From an uncultured Deinococcaceae bacterium (GTDB lineage: Bacteria > Deinococcota > Deinococci > Deinococcales > Deinococcaceae): a stretch of DNA of 64,000 bases. The notes beneath the pieces are model-generated. The model was not told the origin of the DNA, searched no databases, and worked only from the letters and a program-made list of their open reading frames with translations. This document shows, piece after piece, positions 1 to 9,962 of the stretch. Numbering within the stretch: position 1 is the stretch's first letter; the number at the start of each line of letters is the position of its first letter. The position numbers were made by a program, and so were the translations under genes. Location: the NCBI GenBank assembly GCA_964252075.1, contig CAXULY010000011.1, positions 52,060 through 116,059 on the forward strand. The letters are read 5' to 3'.

Positions 1-41
1 AGCGTGCGGGTGCGCTTCGAGACGGTGGCGGGCAGGGGCAT
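1..41 (-). CDS. 5' end of a divergent gene running off the window, possibly a GntR-family regulator
   Basis: Reverse-strand ATG at 41 gives MPLPATVSKRTRT...; TAGAAT -10 at 53-58 (minus). Only 13 codons are visible, so the family is inferred from context. Confidence 0.35.
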   Translation of the reverse strand, partial: MPLPATVSKRTRT

Positions 42-90
42 GCTCACCCATAATTCTACCCGCCCACGCAGTGGCATGTAGTATATCACT

Positions 91-1224
91 GTGCTGGAGA
101 CCGTCCCCGACCTGCTGGCCGCCCTCGTCCGCGTTGACTCCACCAACCCCAGCCTCGTTCCGGGCGGCGCGGGTGAAGTCACCCTCGCGCGCTTCGTCAC
201 CGGCTGGCTCACCGCGCACGGCATCGAAGCCGAGATTGATGAGGCGGCCCCGGGTCGCCACAGCGTCATCGCGCGCGTGCCCGGCCGCGGCGGCGGGCGC
301 TCCCTGCTGCTCAACGCGCACCTCGACACCGTCGGCGTGGAAGGCATGACCGACCCGTTCACGCCCGCCATCCACGAGGGCCGCATGTCGGGCCGCGGCA
401 CCTACGACATGAAGGGCGGCCTCGCCGCCAGCCTCCTCGCGCTCCTCGACATCAGGGCGGACGGACTGCGCGGCGACGTGATCCTCACCGCCGTCGCCGA
501 CGAGGAACACGCCAGCCTCGGCATGCAGTCCGTCCTCATGTGCGTGAGGGCCGACGCCGCCATCGTCACGGAACCCACCGAGCTCCACGCCTGCATCGCC
601 CACAAGGGCTTCACTTGGCACGAAATCACCACCCACGGCCGCGCCGCGCACGGCTCCCGCCCGGACCTCGGCACCGACGCCATTGCCCACATGGGCCGCG
701 TCCTCGGGAAACTCGAAGCGCTCGGCCACGACCTCGCCGCTCGCGGCGCGCACCCCCTGCTCGGCCATGGCAGCGTCCACGCCTCAACGGTCATGGGCGG
801 GCAGGAACTCTCCAGTTACCCCGAACGCTGCACGCTGCACCTGGAGCGCCGCACGCTGCCCGGCGAGACGCCCGACGGCGTCACGCGCGAAATCGACGCC
901 CTCCTCGACGAGCTTCGCGCCGACCCGACCTTCCGCGCCGAGCATCACCTCACGCTCGCCCGGGACGCCTTCGGGGTGAACCCGCACGAGCCGGTCGTCG
1001 AGGCGCTCCTCGCGGCCGCCACGCGCGTGCTGGGCGCGCGGCCCGCGCTGGTCGGGCAGACCTTCTGGATGGACTCCGCCTTCCTCGCCGCCGCGGGCAT
1101 TCCGACCGTGGTGTTCGGGCCGTGCGGCGCGGGCGCGCACGCGCTGGACGAGTGGGTGGACCTCGCGTCCGTCGAACGCTGCCGCGAGGTCCTCACCGCC
1201 ACCATCCGCGACTTCTGCGCCTGA
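91..1224 (+). CDS. M20 family (ArgE/DapE-like) metallo-deacylase
   Basis: Metal/catalytic motifs NAHLDTV, GRGTYDMKGG, ADEE, IVTEPT, GAHALDEW; TAGTAT-N6-GTG leaderless start. Confidence 0.9.
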   Translation: MLETVPDLLAALVRVDSTNPSLVPGGAGEVTLARFVTGWLTAHGIEAEIDEAAPGRHSVIARVPGRGGGRSLLLNAHLDTVGVEGMTDPFTPAIHEGRMSGRGTYDMKGGLAASLLALLDIRADGLRGDVILTAVADEEHASLGMQSVLMCVRADAAIVTEPTELHACIAHKGFTWHEITTHGRAAHGSRPDLGTDAIAHMGRVLGKLEALGHDLAARGAHPLLGHGSVHASTVMGGQELSSYPERCTLHLERRTLPGETPDGVTREIDALLDELRADPTFRAEHHLTLARDAFGVNPHEPVVEALLAAATRVLGARPALVGQTFWMDSAFLAAAGIPTVVFGPCGAGAHALDEWVDLASVERCREVLTATIRDFCA

Positions 1225-1245
1225 CGCGCGCACGTGAGGACCAAC

Positions 1246-2397
1246 ATGACTGCACCCAGCGACGCGCCCCGCGCCCACTTCAACGCCCACCCCACGACCT
1301 TCCGCACCGCTGCGGACGCCCGGCTGCTGGACTTCCACCGCCGCCTTCCCGGTTACGCGCCCACGCCCCTCGTCCGGGCCCCGCACCTCGCCGCGGCCCT
1401 CGGCGTGCGAGACGCCTGGGTGAAGGACGAATCGAGCCGCCTCGGCCTGCCCGCGTACAAGATCCTCGGGGCGTCCTGGGCGACGTACCGCGAACTGGAG
1501 GCGCGCTGCGGCGCCTTCCTGCCCTGGCGCACCCCGGACGACCTCGCCCGGCAACTCCAGCCGCACCGCCCCCTGACGCTCGTCGCCGCCACGGACGGCA
1601 ACCACGGTCGCGCCGTCGCCCGCGTCGCCCGTTGGCTGGGCCTGCACGCCCACATCCTCGTCCCGCACGACATGGTGCCCGCGCGCACCGCCGCGATCGC
1701 GTCGGAGGGCGCTCAGGTGGAGGTGGTGCGCGGCACGTACGACGACGCTGTGATGGCCGCCGCGCGCCTCGCGGACGACCGCCACCTCGTGATCAGCGAC
1801 ACCGCGTGGCCCGGGTACGAACGCGTCCCGACCTGGGTGATCGAGGGGTACGCGACGATCCTCACGGAGGTCGACCAGCAACTCGCGGGCTTGGGCGCCG
1901 CCCCGCCGGACGTGGTGGCGGTGCAGATGGGTGTAGGGTCGCTCGCGGCGGCCGTCGTGCGGCACCACCGCGCGCCCGGACGCGCCACGCACGTGGTCGG
2001 GGTGGAACCCACGCGCGCGGACTGCGTGCTGCGCTCCCTGGAGGCGGGCACGCTCACGGAGGCGCCCGGACCGCACGCGTCCATCATGGCGGGCCTGAAC
2101 TGCGGGCGGACCTCACCGCTCGCGTGGCCGTACCTCCAGGGCGGCCTGAGCGCCTCCGTCGCGATTCCGGACGCGCGCGCGGATGAAGCGATGCGGCTCC
2201 TCGCGCGCGACGGCGTGACGTCCGGGGAGAGCGGCGCGGCCGGCGCGGGCGGCCTGCTGGAACTGCTCGCGGGTGAGCTCGCGGGGACCGCGCGGGCGGC
2301 GCTGGGCGTCACGACGAACAGCACCGTGCTGGTGATCTCGACGGAAGGCGCAACCGACCCCGAAGCGTACGCCCGCATCGTCCAGGCGGCGCACTGA
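1246..2397 (+). CDS. dpaL: Diaminopropionate ammonia-lyase (PLP-dependent)
   Basis: VKDESSRLGLPAYKILGASWA (PLP lysine), ATDGNHGRAVA, QMGVGSLA, IMAGLNCG, STEGATDP; GAGGA RBS before ATG 1246. Confidence 0.85.
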   Translation: MTAPSDAPRAHFNAHPTTFRTAADARLLDFHRRLPGYAPTPLVRAPHLAAALGVRDAWVKDESSRLGLPAYKILGASWATYRELEARCGAFLPWRTPDDLARQLQPHRPLTLVAATDGNHGRAVARVARWLGLHAHILVPHDMVPARTAAIASEGAQVEVVRGTYDDAVMAAARLADDRHLVISDTAWPGYERVPTWVIEGYATILTEVDQQLAGLGAAPPDVVAVQMGVGSLAAAVVRHHRAPGRATHVVGVEPTRADCVLRSLEAGTLTEAPGPHASIMAGLNCGRTSPLAWPYLQGGLSASVAIPDARADEAMRLLARDGVTSGESGAAGAGGLLELLAGELAGTARAALGVTTNSTVLVISTEGATDPEAYARIVQAAH

Positions 2398-2646
2398 GCT
2401 TGCCGAATCAACGACGAGGCCATGAAGCCCACCACCCGTGAACGCCCTGCGACGTCGCGCGGTCCGTCGCGGAGTACCGTTTTCCTCTTCACACAGAACG
2501 CCAGCTGGCGAAGCACCCGCACCTGTATGGAGGCGAGCGTGCTGTCAACCGCGCCAAACCACGTCGTCAGGGTTCACAGCGGCCCCCATTACCAGGGATG
2601 ATGGGGGCACGGAACGCACCACCCCCAGTCCCCGCAACGGAACTCG

Positions 2647-3768
2647 ATGACGTCTGACCCGACCGCCCGCCTCTCTCGCCTGTCCCCGCCCGGCGCCGCC
2701 CTCAAGCGGGACGTCGTCGTGATTGGCGCCGGGCAGGCGGGGCTCTCCGCCGCGTACCACCTGCAGCACCTGGGCCTCACGCCGCCGCAGGGCTTCGTGG
2801 TGCTCGACGCGTCCGCCGCGCCGGGTGGGGCGTGGCAGGACCGCTGGCCGACCCTCACGCTCAGCACCGTCAACCGCATCCACGACCTGCCCGGGATGGC
2901 CTTCGCGGACACCGTGCGGTCCGGCGAGACAAGTGTGCGGGCGAGTGTCGCTGTTCCGCGCTACTTCGCGGCGTACGAGCGCGCGTTTCACCTTCCCATC
3001 CTGCGCCCCGTGCGCGTCACGCTCGTCACCACCCACGGGGCGCGCCTGAAGGTCGAGACGGACCGCGGGGAGTTCTCCGCGCGCGGCATCATCAACGCCA
3101 CCGGCACGTGGGAGGCGCCCTTCATCCCGGACGTTTCCGGCGCGGGCGTGTTCCGCGGGCGGCAGCTGCACACGCGCGATTACCGCACGGCGCAGGCGTT
3201 CGCGGGGCAGCGCGTGATCATCGTGGGCGGAGGCATCTCGGCGGTGCAGCTCCTCGACGAGGTCTCGCAGGTCACGGCGACCACCTGGGTGACGCGCCGC
3301 CCCCCGGTGTTCCGCGAGGGGCCCTTCGATGACGCGGCGGGGCGGGCGGCGGTGGCGATGGTGGAGGACCGCGTGCGGCGCGGCCTGCCGCCCACGTCGG
3401 TGGTGTCCGTCACGGGCCTGCTCGTCACGCCCGCCATTGAGGCGATGCGGGCGCGCGGCGTGCTGCACCGCCGCCCGATGTTCAGCGAGATCACCGAGCG
3501 CGGCGTGCGCTGGGCGGACGGCACGGAACTGCAGGCCGACGTGATCCTGTGGTGCACGGGCTTCCGCAGCGCCCTCGACCACCTCGCGCCCCTGATGCTG
3601 CGGGAGGAGGGCGGCGGCATCACCATGACGGGTCGGCTCGCCACGCAGGTGGCGCGCGACCCCAGAATTCACCTCGTGGGGTACGGGCCTTCCGCCTCGA
3701 CGATCGGGGCGAACCGGGCCGGTCGGGCCGCGGCGGCGGAACTGCTGGCTTATCTGAGGGGCCCGTGA
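2647..3768 (+). CDS. FAD/NAD(P)-dependent oxidoreductase (flavin-containing monooxygenase-like)
   Basis: VVIGAGQAGL FAD motif, FRGRQLHTRDY FMO-like motif, IVGGGISA, WCTGF. Confidence 0.85.
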   Translation: MTSDPTARLSRLSPPGAALKRDVVVIGAGQAGLSAAYHLQHLGLTPPQGFVVLDASAAPGGAWQDRWPTLTLSTVNRIHDLPGMAFADTVRSGETSVRASVAVPRYFAAYERAFHLPILRPVRVTLVTTHGARLKVETDRGEFSARGIINATGTWEAPFIPDVSGAGVFRGRQLHTRDYRTAQAFAGQRVIIVGGGISAVQLLDEVSQVTATTWVTRRPPVFREGPFDDAAGRAAVAMVEDRVRRGLPPTSVVSVTGLLVTPAIEAMRARGVLHRRPMFSEITERGVRWADGTELQADVILWCTGFRSALDHLAPLMLREEGGGITMTGRLATQVARDPRIHLVGYGPSASTIGANRAGRAAAAELLAYLRGP

Positions 3769-3803
3769 CGGGTGGCGCAGCGGCCCGCAGTGGGTGCATC
3801 ACC

Positions 3804-3832
3804 TTGACTCAGCGTGCATACCATGGTATCTT
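3804..3832 (+). promoter_or_regulatory. Sigma70-type promoter TTGACT-N17-TATCTT with extended -10 TG
   Basis: Near-consensus hexamers at exact 17-bp spacing. Confidence 0.55.
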
Positions 3833-3842
3833 TTCCTTATCA

Positions 3843-3865
3843 GCGGCCGGGAAGGCCGTTTTTTT
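3843..3865 (+). terminator. Intrinsic-terminator-like hairpin with T7 tract
   Basis: GCGGCC-GGGAA-GGCCGT followed by a run of T. Confidence 0.5.
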
Positions 3866-4117
3866 ATTGCCCGGGCGAAGTGGAAATGGGTGCGCGCCGC
3901 ATGCGGGCGACCCGCGCCCGAGCGAACGCCCAATTTAATCTGGCATGCCGCTGGGCGGGCACTCGCTGCCAGACCTCCTGGCCGAAGGTCGCCCGCATGT
4001 CCCGTGTGCCACAGGTGCGCAGGCGTGGCCGCCACGCAGAGCGGCGCCTCGACCGCATCCGGTGGTAGCGCGCGTATGCGCGGGCCAGGGCGATCTGGTG
4101 CACTACACTCAGCGGCA

Positions 4118-4804
4118 ATGACGGCACCCACCGCGCGGCTGCGGCGCTTCTGGGCGAACAACGCCCTGTCCATCATCGTGCTCGCGCTGTTCCTGATCTT
4201 CTGGTGCGCGCAGGGCGTCACGGGCTGGAGCAGCTACAACGAGGACCAGCGGGCGCACCAGCAGGCCACCGTGGACTTCCTGCGGTACCTGGGCACCAGC
4301 CACTTCTGGTCCACCACCGCGGAGAACTGGGAGAGCGAATTCCTCCAGATGGGCCTGTACGTCGCCCTGACGGTGTACCTGAAGCAGCGCGGCTCCGCTG
4401 AATCCAACCCGTACCCGGACGAGCCGAAGGGCGAGCAGGACCCCGATGCTAGCGAACAGGTTGGCCCGGACGCGCCGTGGCCGGTGCGGCGCGGGGGGGG
4501 GGCGGCGGCGCTGCACCGCAACTCCCTCACCATCGCGCTGCTCCTGCTGTTCGCGGGTTCGTTCCTGCTGCACTTCTTCAACTCCCACCGCGCGTTCAAC
4601 CAGGAGCAGCTGGAGCACGGCCAGCCGATCGTCTCGACGCTGGCGTACCTGGGCGAACCCGAGTTCTGGTTTCAGTCCTTCCAGAACTGGCAGAGTGAAT
4701 TCCTGGCGATCGCCGCGATGGTGGTGCTGTCCATTTACCTGCGGCAGGTGGGATCGTCGCAGTCGAAGGCCGTGAGCGCCCCGAACGCCCAGACCGGAGA
4801 TTGA
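4118..4804 (+). CDS. DUF6766-like membrane protein
   Basis: Internal repeat ENWESEFLQ / QNWQSEFLA and LKQRGSAES / LRQVGSSQS, several TM helices; TACACT -10 upstream of ATG 4118. Confidence 0.75.
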   Translation: MTAPTARLRRFWANNALSIIVLALFLIFWCAQGVTGWSSYNEDQRAHQQATVDFLRYLGTSHFWSTTAENWESEFLQMGLYVALTVYLKQRGSAESNPYPDEPKGEQDPDASEQVGPDAPWPVRRGGGAAALHRNSLTIALLLLFAGSFLLHFFNSHRAFNQEQLEHGQPIVSTLAYLGEPEFWFQSFQNWQSEFLAIAAMVVLSIYLRQVGSSQSKAVSAPNAQTGD

Positions 4805-4871
4805 CGCGCGGGGATGTGAGCCCGCGCCACATGCTGGGCGGCCCGCATGCAGGCCGCCCGGCGCCTGACAT

Positions 4872-6086
4872 TCAGGTGGGAGGCGCGTCGTTGACGCTGG
4901 GCAGGAAGAGCACGCCGTCCGTCGACGGGAGCTGGGCCGGGTCCAGGGGGAAATACGCGGGGTGCTTCGCCGCGTCCTTGCGCACGTCTGGGAGCGCCGC
5001 GCGCAGGGCCTGGGTGGCGTACAGGCGAGGGGCGACCGATTGCTGGCTCAGCCATCCCGCGAGCGTGTCGGGTGGTGGCGCGGGCACACCGGCGCCCCCG
5101 CCGGCGGTCGTCGCGATGAAGGCGTAGCGGTCGCGCAGGCGGGCGGTGAGGTGCACCCCGGCCGGGCACCACTCCAGGTTCAGGTGGCCGCCGTAGGACC
5201 AGCGGTTGGTGTGGCGCTGCAGGTGCTGGTTGTGCGCGAAGACCAGGGTGGGGCCGCGCGGCCACTCGCGCTCGGCGATGGCGCTGAGGTTGTCGGCCAT
5301 CATGAGGTCCCGGAGGGTCAGCATGTGCGCAACGCGCTGCGCGCCGCCGTCCGCCATCACCGCGTGGTACCGCAGCAGCCCCAGCGCCATCCGCGCCTGC
5401 AGGCGGGCGTGCCAGAACGCGTCGGGCTGCGCCGCGAGGCGTGGCGCCTCCGTCTCCAGGGTGGTGAGCAGCTCGTCGGCGAGCCACCGCAGGTGCCGCG
5501 CGCGCTCGTCCGCGCCGACGGACTGGCGGGCGTCCATCGCGGCGGCGGGGTTCGTCCAGCGGGCGTCGTCGCCGCACAGGTCCGTGATGTCAGAGGCGCG
5601 GATGGGGAGTTCCGTCAGGTGCGCGGCGAGGAAGGCGTGCACGGCGAGCAGCGGCTCGCGTGGGCTGGCGGCCCACATGTTCTCGGTGGGCGCGTCGAAA
5701 CCATAGAAGCGCACCTGGTCCGCTTCGGGGCGCCCGGCGTTGTGCGCGCGCAGCCACATGACGAGGTCGCGGTTGGCCTGCACCTCGCCGAACCCGTGGC
5801 TGAAGCCGCGCTGCAGGACGTCGTCCAGACGGCCGTGACCGGAGGTGACGTGGTCGTTCACCGTGACGCCGGAGAGCGCACCGCTTTCCAGGGCGATGGA
5901 GCGGTACCCGTGCGCCTCCACGAGGGTCTGGAAGAGGCGGTTGCGCCAGGCGGGGAAGGCCTCCACGCGGTGCGTGGGCTCACCGAGCGCCAGGAGGGCG
6001 GGTGCGGTGGGCAAGGTGCGGAGGAAGGCGGCGAGCGCCGTGTGCGGCTGGGTCAGGTCCCAGCCGGGCTGGAGGGGCTGTGGCAT
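4872..6086 (-). CDS. Erythromycin esterase family protein
   Basis: LALGEPTH, IALES, FYGFDAP, RDLMMADNL, VFAHNQH; GGAG RBS before ATG 6086. Confidence 0.85.
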   Translation of the reverse strand: MPQPLQPGWDLTQPHTALAAFLRTLPTAPALLALGEPTHRVEAFPAWRNRLFQTLVEAHGYRSIALESGALSGVTVNDHVTSGHGRLDDVLQRGFSHGFGEVQANRDLVMWLRAHNAGRPEADQVRFYGFDAPTENMWAASPREPLLAVHAFLAAHLTELPIRASDITDLCGDDARWTNPAAAMDARQSVGADERARHLRWLADELLTTLETEAPRLAAQPDAFWHARLQARMALGLLRYHAVMADGGAQRVAHMLTLRDLMMADNLSAIAEREWPRGPTLVFAHNQHLQRHTNRWSYGGHLNLEWCPAGVHLTARLRDRYAFIATTAGGGAGVPAPPPDTLAGWLSQQSVAPRLYATQALRAALPDVRKDAAKHPAYFPLDPAQLPSTDGVLFLPSVNDAPPT

Positions 6087-6356
6087 GATGGGCTCCTTGG
6101 CCAAAGGGCGCGCCCGCTTCGGCGCCCTCATGTTCTCTGTGCAGCGTGTGAGACGGGTGACGGGAAACCCTTCGTGGAGTCTTCATCTTTGCCCATTCAC
6201 CCCATGGCAGCGGGACGGGTGGCTGGTCCCAGGACGCTGTGCGGTGGCTCTCTGCTTCACGTGTTCCGGCGGATACATGGTGACGGCGAGGGCCGAACCC
6301 TCGTCGTCACCTCCCCACTGTGTGGTGGGCCTAGCGCCCCCAGCCTCCACCCGCCG

Positions 6357-8228
6357 TCAGTCCGAGGCGTGGCTGGTGACGCCCCCGAACTGGCTGTGGA
6401 ACAGCTCGGCGTAGAAGCCGTTCTGCGCCAGCAGCGCCTCGTGCGTGCCCTGCTCCACCACCTCGCCGCCGTTCATCACCAGGATCAGGTCCGCGTCGCG
6501 GATGGTGGAGAGGCGGTGCGCGATCACGAAGCCCGTCCGGCCCGCCCGGAGCGCGGTGGTGGCGTGCCGGATCTGCAGCTCCGTGCGGGTGTCCACGCTG
6601 GACGTCGCCTCGTCCAGCAGCAGCACCGCGGGGTCCGCCAGGATGGCGCGCGCGATGGTGATGAGTTGCTTCTGCCCCTGCGAGATGTTCGTCGCTTCCT
6701 CGTTCAGCACCGTGTCGTACCCCAGCGGCAGGGTGCGGATGAAGTGGTCCGCGTGCGCCGCGCGCGCCGCCGCTGTGATCTGCGCGTCCGTCGCGCCCGC
6801 GCGTCCGTACGCGATGTTGTCGCGGATGGTGCCGCTGAACAGCCAGGTGTCCTGCAGCACCAGCCCGAAGGCCCGCCGCCACTCGCCGCGCGGCACCGCG
6901 CGCGCGTCCACGCCGTCCAGCAGGATGCGGCCAGAATCCACCTCGTAAAACCGCAGCAGCAGGTTCACCAGCGTCGTCTTGCCCGCGCCCGTCGGGCCGA
7001 CGATCGCGACGGTCCGCCCGGGCGGCACGTCCAGATTGAAGTGACGAATGACGGGCTGCCCAGGCTGGTACGAGAAGGTCACGTCCTCGAAACGGACCGC
7101 GCCGCGCGGCGTGAACGGCACGGGGGCGGTGTCCGGCGTCTCCTCGGGCTCGTCGAGCAGTTCGAAGACGCGTTCGGCGGCGGCGAGCGTGGACTGCACG
7201 ATGTTCGCGATGCTGGCGAGCTGCGCGATGGGGAAGGAGAACTGACGCGAGTACTGAATGAACGCCTGCAGGTCCCCAATGGTGATGCCGCGCTGCGCGA
7301 CGAGGAAGCCGCCCAGGACGGTCACGAGGACGTACCCTGCGTTGCTCACCACGTTCATCAGCGGGAACAGTAGGCCCGAGATGAACTGCGCGCGCCACGC
7401 GGCGTCGTACAGTCGGGCGTTCATCTCACCGAAGCGCGCCACGGAGGCGCGTTCCTGCCCGAAGGCCTTCACGACCAGATGCCCGGCCAGCATCTCCTCC
7501 ACGTGACCGTTCAGCTGCCCGAGCGTGGCCTGCTGTGCCCGGAAGTGCCCCTGGGACCGCCGCGCGATCTGCGCGGTGGCGAGGAACGACAGCGGCAGCG
7601 TGACGAGCGCGACCAGGGTCATGAGGGGACTGATGAGCAGCATCATCACGAACACCCCGAGCACCGTGGTGGCGGACGTGATGAACTGCGTGAGGCTCTG
7701 CTGCAGGGTGGAGGAGATGGTCTCCACGTCGTTCGTGAGGCGGCTCATCACCTCGCCGTGCGGGTGCGCGTCGAAGTACCGCAGCGGCAGGCGGTCCAGT
7801 TTCGCGCGCGCGTCGCGGCGCAGGTCGAACACCGTGGCCTGCGCGGCGCCCGACATGATCCAGCCCTGCAGGAAGGACAGCAGCGTGCTGACAAGGTACA
7901 CGGCGGCCAGGGTCTCCACGATGTGCGCGAGCGCGGTGAAGTCGGCGCCCGGCCCCCCGCGCGCCTTGGAGGTCAGGCCCGTGAACAGCAGGGTGGTGGC
8001 GTTGCCGAGCAGCTTCGGGCTGAAGATGGAGAAGGCCGTGGAGAGCGCCGCGAGGAGCACCACCGCGGCGAGCGCCACGCGGCGCGGGCGGAGGTACGTG
8101 AGCAGGCGGCGCAGCGTGCCGCGCGCGTCGCGCGCCTTCTGCACGGGCATCCCGAAGCCCGCCATCGGTCCGCCGCCCATGGGACCGCCGGGGGGGCGCG
8201 GTCGTTCCGGCGCTTTCATGCGGGTCAT
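6357..8228 (-). CDS. ABC exporter, fused permease/ATPase (heterodimer subunit)
   Basis: TM domain, Walker A GPTGAGKT, signature ISQGQKQ, LLLDEATSSVD, H-loop IAHRLST. Confidence 0.93.
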   Translation of the reverse strand: MTRMKAPERPRPPGGPMGGGPMAGFGMPVQKARDARGTLRRLLTYLRPRRVALAAVVLLAALSTAFSIFSPKLLGNATTLLFTGLTSKARGGPGADFTALAHIVETLAAVYLVSTLLSFLQGWIMSGAAQATVFDLRRDARAKLDRLPLRYFDAHPHGEVMSRLTNDVETISSTLQQSLTQFITSATTVLGVFVMMLLISPLMTLVALVTLPLSFLATAQIARRSQGHFRAQQATLGQLNGHVEEMLAGHLVVKAFGQERASVARFGEMNARLYDAAWRAQFISGLLFPLMNVVSNAGYVLVTVLGGFLVAQRGITIGDLQAFIQYSRQFSFPIAQLASIANIVQSTLAAAERVFELLDEPEETPDTAPVPFTPRGAVRFEDVTFSYQPGQPVIRHFNLDVPPGRTVAIVGPTGAGKTTLVNLLLRFYEVDSGRILLDGVDARAVPRGEWRRAFGLVLQDTWLFSGTIRDNIAYGRAGATDAQITAAARAAHADHFIRTLPLGYDTVLNEEATNISQGQKQLITIARAILADPAVLLLDEATSSVDTRTELQIRHATTALRAGRTGFVIAHRLSTIRDADLILVMNGGEVVEQGTHEALLAQNGFYAELFHSQFGGVTSHASD

Positions 8229-9952
8229 GCGAGCTCCTGTTCCGCGGCGGGCATCTGCGAGGCGACAATCTCGCGGTACACCGCGCTGGAGTGCAGCAGG
8301 TCCTCGTGCCGCCCGAGGCCCACCACGCGGCCCTCGTCGAGCACCAGGATGCGGTCCGCATCCAGCACGCTGCCCACCCGCTGCGCCACCACCACCACGG
8401 CGGCGTGGTGCGTCTCCTCACGCAGGGCGGCGCGCAGGCGCGCGTCGGTGCGGTAATCCAGCGCGGAGAAGCTGTCGTCGAACACGTACACCGACGCGGG
8501 GCGCGCCAGGGCGCGCGCGATGGCGAGGCGCTGGCGCTGGCCGCCCGAGAGGTTCGCGCCGCCCTGCTCCACCCGCGCGTCCAGGCCGCCCATCGCCTCC
8601 ACGAAGTCCAGCGCCTGCGCGGTCGTGAGGGCGCGGCGCGCCTCCTCCTCCGTCAGGGCCTCGTGGCCGAAGCGCAGGTTGTCCAGCACGCTGCCGGTGA
8701 ACAGCACAGCGCGCTGCGGCACGTACGCCACGCGCCCGCGCAGGTCCGCCTGCGTGAACGCCCGCACGTCCTGGCCGTCCAGCTCGATGCGGCCCCCCTG
8801 CGGGTCCGCGAAGCGCAGCAGCAGGTTCACCAGGGTGCTCTTGCCGGCGCCCGTGCCGCCCAGGACCGCCGTGACCTCACCGGGCCCCGTGCGGAACGAC
8901 ACGCCGTTCAGCGCGGGCTGCTCCGCGCCCGGGTGCGCGAAGGTCACGTCCTCGAACGCGACGTGGCCCGCGGCGGGTGCCGTGCGGGGCGCGGGCGGGT
9001 CCGGCAGGCCGGCGGGGGCGTCCAGCACCTCGTTGATGCGCGCGGCGCTCGCGGCGGCGCGCGGCAGCATCACGAACATCATCGAGAGCATGAAGAAGCT
9101 GAACATGATCTGCATCGTGTACTGCAGGAAGGCCATCAGGTCCCCGAGGCGCGTCTGGCCCGCCTCCACCCGCAGACCGCCGTGCCACACGATGGCGAGG
9201 CTCGTGAGGTTCATGATCAGGAACAGCGCCGGGAACAGCGCCGACATGATGCGGTTGACGCGCGTCGCGGCGCCCGTCAGGTCCGCGTTGGCGTCCCCGA
9301 AGCGCCGCTCCTCGCGCGCGGTGCCGTCGAAGGCCCGCACCACGCGCACGCCCGTGAGGTTCTCGCGCGTCACGCGCGTCAGGCGGTCGAGTTTCTGCTG
9401 CACCGCCCGGAAGAGCGGCAGGCCCAGCGCGAGCACCGTGCCGACGACGGCCGCCAGGACCGGCAGGCCCGCCAGCAGCACCAGCGACAGGCCAGGGTCC
9501 TTCGAGAGCGCCAGGATCAGCCCGCCGACCGCCGTGATGGGCGCGGCCACCATCATGCGCAGAATCATGATCGTCACGCCCTGCACCTGCGTCACGTCGC
9601 CCGTCGCGCGCGTCATCAGGGTGGCCGGCCCGAAGCGGTCGAAGGTCCGCAGCGAGAAGTCCGAGATCTTCTGAAAGACCCGCCCGCGCACGTCGCGGCT
9701 GAAGGCCGCCGTCACGCGCGCCGAGAGGTACGCGCCGAGGATCGCGCAGGCCGCCCCGACGGTCACGACGAGCAGCATCCAGCGACCCGCGCGCCAGATG
9801 TTCGCCCCGTTGCCCTGCAGGACGCCGTGGTCGATCATGTCCGCCATCAGGGTGGGCAGCGCCAGGTCCGCGAGGGACTGGCACAGCAGCAGCAGCAGGA
9901 TGGCGGCGACGGACGCGCTGTAGGGCGTGAGGTGCCGGTAGAGCTTCAACAT
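8225..9952 (-). CDS. ABC exporter, fused permease/ATPase (degenerate-site subunit)
   Basis: GGTGAGKS, LSGGQRQ, Walker B YVFDDSFSALD (D for catalytic E), AQR (Q for H); 4-bp overlap with its partner. Confidence 0.93.
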   Translation of the reverse strand: MLKLYRHLTPYSASVAAILLLLLCQSLADLALPTLMADMIDHGVLQGNGANIWRAGRWMLLVVTVGAACAILGAYLSARVTAAFSRDVRGRVFQKISDFSLRTFDRFGPATLMTRATGDVTQVQGVTIMILRMMVAAPITAVGGLILALSKDPGLSLVLLAGLPVLAAVVGTVLALGLPLFRAVQQKLDRLTRVTRENLTGVRVVRAFDGTAREERRFGDANADLTGAATRVNRIMSALFPALFLIMNLTSLAIVWHGGLRVEAGQTRLGDLMAFLQYTMQIMFSFFMLSMMFVMLPRAAASAARINEVLDAPAGLPDPPAPRTAPAAGHVAFEDVTFAHPGAEQPALNGVSFRTGPGEVTAVLGGTGAGKSTLVNLLLRFADPQGGRIELDGQDVRAFTQADLRGRVAYVPQRAVLFTGSVLDNLRFGHEALTEEEARRALTTAQALDFVEAMGGLDARVEQGGANLSGGQRQRLAIARALARPASVYVFDDSFSALDYRTDARLRAALREETHHAAVVVVAQRVGSVLDADRILVLDEGRVVGLGRHEDLLHSSAVYREIVASQMPAAEQELA

Positions 9953-9962
9953 GTCTGCCTCC

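Noticed and set aside
3869..3960. Intact tRNA gene
   Set aside because: No GTTCRA T-loop, anticodon arm or matching acceptor 3' strand; kept only as a possible relic.
6087..6186. Macrolide-sensing leader peptide upstream of the erythromycin esterase
   Set aside because: Upstream ATGs give either an in-frame extension or a long overlapping ORF, and R/K-x-R/K motifs are common by chance in GC-rich DNA.
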